Assembly: GCA_025201805.1 (NCBI GenBank)
Contig: MU619299.1
Location: forward strand, 96,200-160,199
Origin: Parasitella parasitica NRRL 2501
Taxonomy: Eukaryota > Fungi > Mucoromycota
DNA length: 64,000 bases
Direction of reading: 5' to 3'
The notes under the pieces were generated by a model. It saw nothing but the letters and a program-made list of their open reading frames with translations. It did no database searches and had not been told where the DNA came from. This document shows, in pieces, positions 53,132-64,000 of the stretch. The stretch's first letter is position 1; each line of letters begins with the position of its first letter. Both the position numbers and the translations under genes were made by a program.

Positions 53132-53615
53132 GCATGTCAATAACATCAACGCTGCTTTTCCTGTCTCTCTCTCTTTCTCTGTCTGTCTGTGTGGCCGGTT
53201 GGACTCTTTGTCTCGACTTGCTCTGTTGAAAAACAACTGATTCTTTCCTAAATTATACTCTCCCTTTCTTTTACCTCGCCCATCTCTTTGTGAATAACAT
53301 TTCTTCTTTTTAACCTACTACATAATACATTGTCTTTTACATATAAAATTTCTACAGAAGATTGCAANNNNNNNNNNNNNNNNNNNNNNNNNNNNNNNNN
53401 NNNNNNNNNNNNNNNNNNNNNNNNNNNNNNNNNNNNNNNNNNNNNNNNNNNNNNNNNNNNNNNNNNNNNNNNNNNNNNNNNNNNNNNNNNNNNNNNNNNN
53501 NNNNNNNNNNNNNNNNNAAAAAAAAAAAGAGAAAATTGCTGGTATGATACGCTAGACTATACTTGTGCATGTCTGCAATTACCCTTGGTTGCTGAGAGAA
53601 TCTTTAAAGCTTTGT

Positions 53616-54983
53616 TCAAGGATAAAGATGAATGCTCTTTTTAAAATCGTCAACGTAAACTCTAATTCTAGCGTATTCTGGAGCAATAATATCATCTACA
53701 GCTTGCAATTAGCCGCTACTACTACTACTACTATTACAAGCCGAATCACTCACCTTCATTATAAGCTCTACCTTGAACACCATACGCTTTTGCTAGATAC
53801 CGCCACAGTTTCTCGCTCACAATATCACCGTGCGTTTCAGGGCAAGGGCGATATTTGTCCATGGGCAGTCTGATGTTGGGATCTAATGAACCATTTGCAC
53901 GTGACAATCGCTGTTGTGTGATTTTGGTGGGCAATGGTGCTCCTTCACCTGATTATTGGGTTAGAACAAGGCTGTCCGCAGCATGACATGAGCATTAGTA
54001 AACCTACGAGTTCTGAAAGACATCCAAGTTCGTCCCCATTGTTTCTCCACTAAATAATGCTTCAAAGACATGTCCTCTCTTCGTAATTCTTGGACGTAAA
54101 GCGACTGTTCTATTTTACGTCTCTTTTCCAAATCTTCCATTGATTCTGGATCTCTGATATAGTCAATAGTGTCCTGGACTAGTTGGCCATCTCGCTGTCC
54201 ATTGAGCTGATATGTCCCATAGATTAGTCTTTCGTAGTATGCTTTGGCTTTTATTTTTTTTTATTTTTTTTATTTATTTACCTTGCGAGGCTGTCCATGA
54301 TGGCATTTGAAACAGTACAAATCGCCTGTGACCAGCTCTAGTTGAATAGGAGGACAATCTACAGGTTGACTCAAACATGACAGACATGCTGTCATATTAT
54401 CGGCGCTAAATATTAGCTTCAACGAGGCCCCTGCTCACTAGCAAAGACGCTACTTACCTCCAGTGTAATCGTCTTGACCCATACTCAAGTAGGTAGCAGG
54501 TTTGTTTGCACAGAGATCGCAAAGGTAGGATTCCTCACTTTTGAATATGATTTTTTTTGCGTCTAGAGGGATGTCTGCTAATTTGACAAAATGAGGACAG
54601 GGATCTGTCATTGATTCCTCTGCAGTTTGGTGTAATGTCTCTGTTACTGTGGGCATCGTGTTTTGAGTTGTGTCTGCAACCGGCTGCCCCGAGTAGGACT
54701 GTGATGTTTGGTTCTGTTGCACATTGGGTGTTTCCGTCGTTGGAACAGTCTGTGTATCCAGATGCTTATACACACTGAGCCATGTCTGCTCAGGGCCCTT
54801 TTCGATTACGTGAAAAGCACGCTTATTCAACTGTTTGAATACGAGCTCGTCTCTGATGAGATGGCAAAAAGGCTTGCCAGTTAAAGAGAGCTGGAGAATA
54901 GAAGCAAGGTCAAGGAACGACGCAACATTGACCAAGGCTTCTGCTGTCAATTTTTCTAGTACTGATTTGCTGCTATCAAACAT
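53616..54983 (-). CDS. F-box + degenerate ZnF-UBP + DUSP domain protein
   Basis: LEKLTAEALVNVASFLD..SILQLSLT (F-box); CPH...CDLC...CLSC...LELVTGDLYCFKC (ZnF-UBP-like); YLVEKQW..TW...PTKIT...VSEKLWRYLAKAYG (DUSP-like); ends DDFKKSIHLYP*. Confidence 0.7.
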
Positions 54984-55261
54984 GTTGCGATTTCTCTATA
55001 TTTTTACGCGTAGCTTCTCTCTTTTTATTATGCTAGTAAAATATGTTTAGCAACAAAAGNNNNNNNNNNNNNNNNNNNNNNNNNNNNNNNNNNNNNNNNN
55101 NNNNNNNNNNNNNNNNNNNNNNNNNNNNNNNNNNNNNNNNNNNNNNNNNNNNNNNNNNNNNNNNNNNNNNNNNNNNNNNNNNNNNNNNNNNNNNNNNNNN
55201 NNNNNNNNNNNNNNNNNNNNNNNNAAAAAAAAAAAAAAAAAAAAGGCCTTGCCAAACTTAC

Positions 55262-57153
55262 GCTTAATGTAGTGTCTAATTCAGTGATTTTCTCCCTCAA
55301 GTCATCAATATGTTTTCGGAGCGACGCTTCTTGCTTGATTTCACCCAAAAACTCTTGATCCTTTTTACGGTAAAAGCCCAGTAAACGACGCCTTGCCGAA
55401 GCCAATTGTTCGTATTGAACATAGCTCTTGTAATATTTCTTGAGATCGTCGTTCAATGTATAATAGTAGTCTTCGATGATGCTTTTTTCATGAGCATCTG
55501 AAGTTTGAGATCTAACAAACAGATTGGTTTAAAGCTTAGCATGTGGTTTCTTGGCTTACCTTTTCTTTTTTGTCTTGTCAAATACTGTATTGCTGATAGT
55601 TTTTATATGAACCTGGGCTAAATTCAACCGTTTCTTTACATTGACTGTATTTGCAGTTGCCATTTTTCGCAGGTATTTCAGCACGTCATTCGGTGTCATT
55701 TCATCATCATTTACTGGCTCCCCCTTATTTGCTGATTCTGCTTCATTTGCTTCATTCCCTGGCTCTCCATCATTCCCTGGCTCTGCTTCATTTCCTGGAT
55801 TTGCCTCATTCCCTGGATCTACTAAATTTGACTCTTGGTCATCATCCCCATAGTCTACAGTATCGTCATTGAAGCTGTATTGCATCGGTTCTTGTATAGC
55901 ATCATCTAGTTGTTTCCCTTTGTCTTTTGGGTCTTTGGGCTCCTTTATCAACAAAGGTCTACCGAGTTGATCTTGAGTTTCTCCTGTTGCTTCAATGGAT
56001 ATGCCTATATCCCTATTTGATTCGGCCGAACCCCTATCATTCCCCGCTTCTTGCTGGGAACCCTTGGCGGCTAGCTGATCAGATGCTCTATTACTGTTAT
56101 TTGTAAAAGTTTGTTGGGGTTCAGGAGATTGCCTGTTCACTAATTCAGATACTACGGATTTCCTGGCATTTTGATCACCCCCTGAATCCGAGCCGACACT
56201 ATGTACACTGGGCGATCTTGCTGAATCTAGTAGCGCCTTTGGTGTGTGCTCTCTGTCGTCATTATCATCAATTGAAAGATCATGAATTGATAAAGTATCG
56301 GGCCCATTATCAACAGGTGGACAATCTGCTGCTTTCCATTCATCGGGTATCTCGGGTTTTACATTGATATCCAGCATCTCTGTGTCTTCATTATATAAAC
56401 GTTCTCTGTCCTCATTTTCTACGGAATTGGTTGGGCCTAGCGTTGGGTGATTGCTTCTCATGCTTTCCTTTTCAACAGGCTGCACAAGAGGTTCTTTGTG
56501 AGCTATGTCGCTTTCTGATAAATTTGCGTGATCCATGGCTGAACGGCTGCTTCCAGCGCTTTGATCCTCCATATCTTGTACAGGGTATCCTTTATTCAGT
56601 ATGCCTCCTTCTTCCCCGCTGTGATGTGATTGTGTTCGTTTGTTCCTGACAGACTCTTCCACCACAGCTTCATCCACTGTAACCAATGACTCAGCGTACA
56701 TTCTCTTTCGTGGTGTAACAGAGAAGGGCGTGAGCTGTGACAGATAGTGAGATGTCCTGAGGGTACCGGGTTGGTTTTGACCAAGTTCTACTGTCGAATA
56801 AATCGAGGCAACTGGAGGCGGCGTAAATATTCTGCGTGGAGAAGTTCCTGTTGCTGACTCTCTAGAATGAACGGACGGCGATCTCTGATTCAATACAACA
56901 GGCTCTCGAAATTGACGAAATTCGTGAGATTGGGATGAGCCAAACACTGAATCAGCAGGTGATGAAGGCTCAGTGTCATGGTACTGATCTCCAGGCAAAA
57001 CTTTGAATGGCGGAAGCTCTGGGAGTGGCCTTGGGCGAAACGATAATGAGATTCAAAGCCATTCATAAATCTTGATACACAAAATCCTTACTTGTTTCCT
57101 CTTTTTCTCTGCAAGCGTCGCTTATCAAGGAGTTCTTGGTATTGGGACAGCAT
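55262..57153 (-). CDS. Acidic, disordered protein with C-terminal coiled coil; 3' end runs into an N gap
   Basis: Starts MLSQYQELLDKRR, followed by a large S/D/E/P-rich exon (55556-56998 ORF) and a helical C-terminal exon; splice donor at ~55261. Confidence 0.65.
55745..55816 (-). repeat. 18-bp coding tandem repeat (PGNEAx x4)
   Basis: PGNEAN PGNEAE PGNDGE PGNEAN in the ORF translation. Confidence 0.8.
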
Positions 57154-57265
57154 TTGGTAAAGTAGATGTGTAGAGAAGAAAAGGGCTGTAGATTTTGATG
57201 GGTAATTTAGGAAACGCGAATAGACACACCAAACAGTCACCAGTTCATACATTCCCTTTCATCAT

Positions 57266-57370
57266 AAGGGTGGTAGTACCTACTACGGTCTCTTGGCATT
57301 TAGCCTTGTAGGTACTGTAGCTGACCAGCTCTTCTCTGAACGTTAGTTGAGCTACTAGTATCCCGCTCTT
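57266..57370 (+). ncRNA. Candidate structured RNA element (multibranch), family unknown
   Basis: aagggtgg/ccgctctt closing helix, tagt-acct-acta hairpin, ggc-attta-gcc hairpin and a long hairpin 57311-57362. Confidence 0.35.
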
Positions 57371-57754
57371 TGTGCTTTCTTCTTTTGCGATATTCACTGA
57401 AAATCAGTCAATTGATGCGCGGGTCATGTCAGATCAGCCCACGCCAATCGGCATCCAGTTGCAATATAATAACGCAATGTTGCCAACAGAGTGCTTTTTT
57501 TTTNNNNNNNNNNNNNNNNNNNNNNNNNNNNNNNNNNNNNNNNNNNNNGAAAATACTTGACTCTTTCGAAACAGGATTGTCGACTACAATACAATAGCAG
57601 CAATGTCTTTGCATGATTTTGGTAAAATGTACGTCATCTACTCCAACTATACTGGTACATGTCGGCTGAGTTTTTTCAAGACATCCCTTGGGCACTCATA
57701 ATTCTTCTCGTAGCCTTTTTTTTTTTTTTTTATTAAAAACCACTTTTTAGACAC

Positions 57755-58390
57755 ATGAAGTCTCAATCAACACCCTTAATACAAGACGCTGAAACCCCTC
57801 TCAGTCCCGCTGAACTTGAGGTTTGTATTTGAATGAATCACAGGGGTCGCAAGTCAAATGCATAACATGCGATAACATTCAGGTACTTCGCCGACAATAC
57901 ATCAAAGAAGGTGAATATGTAACAATACAGACAAAATTCAACTATGCCTGGGGTCTGGTCAAGTCCTCCAAGTCTGAACATTTGGAGTTGGGAATAAAGC
58001 TGCTTACAGGTATATATTGGCCCACCCATTGCCAAGCTTTTAGTTGCTTACAGCTACCCATAAACAGAGATTTACACCGATGCGCCTGAGAGAAGACGAG
58101 AATGCTTATATTTTTTAGCCATTGCCAACTTTAAAATTTCAACTTATTCAGAAGCAAGACGGTTTAACGATCAGTTACTGAAATTGGAGCCTCATAATGA
58201 CCAAGCGTTAGCTTTAAAGCAGCTTATAGATGAAAAGGTTTCCACAGGTATTGCGTAAAATTGGGCTATTGCTAGTACATGTGCGCTAATTGACGAGTTA
58301 TCTATTTTCAGAGGGTGTGATCGGTCTAGCTATTGTAAGTGGAGTAGTAGCCGTTGGCGCTGCATTAGTAGCTGCCGTTGTTAAGAGATC

Positions 58391-58397
<7 letters not shown>
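57755..58397 (+). CDS. FIS1: Mitochondrial fission protein Fis1
   Basis: [20 protein letters not shown]...[13 protein letters not shown]...[11 protein letters not shown], with a C-terminal TM segment and basic tail; 3 introns. Confidence 0.96.
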
Positions 58398-58426
<29 letters not shown>

Positions 58427-58669
58427 GGGAAGGGCTTTTATAGCCTCTACAAATGACACACAAGAATCCTAATGAATACAACCTTAACTTGTCCTTATCA
58501 TATGTTGATTGTTCGTGTTGCGAACTGCAAGTGATTGCAGTCCTTGTGGTTTTGCTCATTGCAGGCTCTTGTGCTTTGCTATTGTAGATAAATGAGGATC
58601 CTTGAAAGTCCAAAACTCTCGAGGGGAAAAATCCAAGATATTCATTTAATCCTTTATTGAATGAACCGC

Positions 58670-59632
<963 letters not shown>

Positions 59633-59718
59633 AAGTGCGTGAAATGGGAGAACACCAAAAAAAAAACCAACAAAACAAAAGCCAGAATACAGTGCCAAAT
59701 GTGACTCTACAAATGCGT

Positions 59719-62457
<2,739 letters not shown>

Positions 62458-62581
62458 AAAAAAAAAAAAAAAAAATAGCTGTGAAAGAAGGGCTATTTTA
62501 TTGATTTTTGCGATTAAATGTTAGTGTCCATAAAGAGTCACGTCTAAGATCCATAACAAAGAGAATATTGACATTATGCAT

Positions 62582-63357
62582 CTATAGCCCTTGCAACAAA
62601 TTGAGAGCTTCTTTCGACTTGCTAGTAACAAAGCTGCGTTAAGAGTTTCATCTAGTGAATTCTACAGTCTACTTACGCTCTTAGCTCGGCCGTTTGCTGG
62701 CGTTTCCTTGCTAGCTGGTGCTCCATAAGCAATCTTAGTGTTTCTCGCGCCTAAATAAACCGTAAATCAGTTTGTACAAACATGGAGCCAAAAATAAAAT
62801 ACCTGGTGAGGCCGGTAAGCGTTTAATATATGATGCATGTTGAGGAAGATGGTGCTGATATTCTCAATGTGTTTGCCATATCCTGTTGGGTTCGTTTCGA
62901 GCACATCTAGCAAATCCAAATACTGCGCAATTAGAGATCGATTCAGCTTTTTCAACTCTTGCACACGATCTATATTCATCAAGTTGAGCGTCTCATTTGT
63001 AAATGTACTAGAGACATGTGGCTACCTAATGAATCCCCGGGGTAGATTTGCTTGACACCTAATTCTGCAAGTGTAGGAAGTCGATCGTTTATCTGTACTG
63101 TACCATCAATACAAAAAGGCTTGGTTTTTTGACGAATGTTTGCTTACCTGCCACTTTTGGTCAAACACACTGTATTCATCGGTGGGTGGTAGTGGAGGTT
63201 CAAGAGCTTCAAGATGAAATTCAGGGACTGGTGGTATATTCACAAGATGTCCAGTTTCCTTTGATTGCTTCAACAAATTCAAGTTTTCGTCTGTATATCG
63301 TTTGAAATAATTGGGCGGGTCTGGCCAAGCACTTCTTGTTGATTGCTGCTCATCCAT
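62582..63357 (-). CDS. MED7: Mediator subunit 7
   Basis: SAWPDPPNYFKRYT, ELKKLNRSL and FLNMHHILNAYRPHQARETL. Confidence 0.95.
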
Positions 63358-63648
63358 TATTTGTACTATAAAATGTAATGAATTAAAAAAAAAGAAAGAA
63401 AGAGAAAATCACTATTTTTCGCTTGTTGCTTTCTTCGTCGCTTTTCTAAAAGCACGCCACGCACAGAGAAGAATATTTAATAATCATCATCTATCTGTAA
63501 CTTGATGTATGTCTAGATGGTATTTTCATTTGTAAAAACTATTTTAAAGACTACTTCTGCAACTTTTATTACCAAATCATGACAAGGAGAATGCGGTTTA
63601 TTTTTTTTCCCTTGAAACGGCCACTCGGCACAATTGATCTAATTAATT

Positions 63649-63877
63649 AACAAGTTGGGATTACCCCGATCGGCCCATTTGGGCCGACCCTTCCATAATA
63701 AATTTCTCCACAGAAATTGAAGATAACATGTTAAAAACTCTTTTTAATATTGAAATGGGTGTTCTTGTCAGCGATCTAATTGATTTTGTTTGAAAAAAGT
63801 GAAAATTGAGCTATCAGGGATTGATTTTCCGGAGGCTGTTTTGCCCGATTTTAATCAGCCCAAATGGGCCGACTTTT
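63649..63877. mobile_element. Short non-autonomous element with palindromic subterminal inverted repeats (HINE/Helentron-like or MITE)
   Basis: tcggcccatttgggccga (63670-63687) and tcagcccaaatgggccga (63855-63872) are inverted copies (17/18). The left end has aacaag and a small ggg-atta-ccc hairpin. Confidence 0.5.
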
Positions 63878-64000
63878 CGATTATATATAATTTGTATAGT
63901 GTATAACAATTTATAAAAAAAAAATTTATAGAAATGTACTTAAGTTAATGTAGAATTATTCAAGAGCTGTTGGCGAGACCAAACTTCTTGTATATGTCTG

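Noticed and set aside
56584-56593. U12-type donor-like GTATCCTT (also ~59866)
   Set aside because: On the strand opposite to the host genes; no minor intron is supported.

Overview
Gene-dense, intron-rich eukaryotic DNA from an early-diverging fungus, most likely a Mucorales (Mucoromycota) species. The basis is short GT-AG introns, a fungal H-type ferritin, a GPI-type chitin deacetylase and Mucorales-style Tc1-like remnants. About 25 protein-coding genes are present, mostly housekeeping: PDX1/E3BP, CDA, ERG28, TRS120, PER1, ferritin, aminotransferase, RPS25, GPAT, NDUFAF3, UTP6, CorA, VPS15, MIS12, FIS1, BUD32, AFG2-like and MED7. The unusual items are (1) a predicted myristoylated immunity-related (IRG/IIGP p47-type) GTPase; (2) beside it, a ~6 kb TA-flanked unit bounded by two inverted near-identical Tc1/IS630-derived segments; (3) an F-box + degenerate ZnF-UBP + DUSP protein with no USP catalytic domain; (4) three intergenic G-U-containing multibranch RNA-like folds with a shared topology, all in divergent promoter regions; and (5) a Helentron/MITE-like element at the right end. 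Gene models were spliced by eye and family calls come from motif recognition, not database searches. Long homopolymers and N gaps limit accuracy locally.
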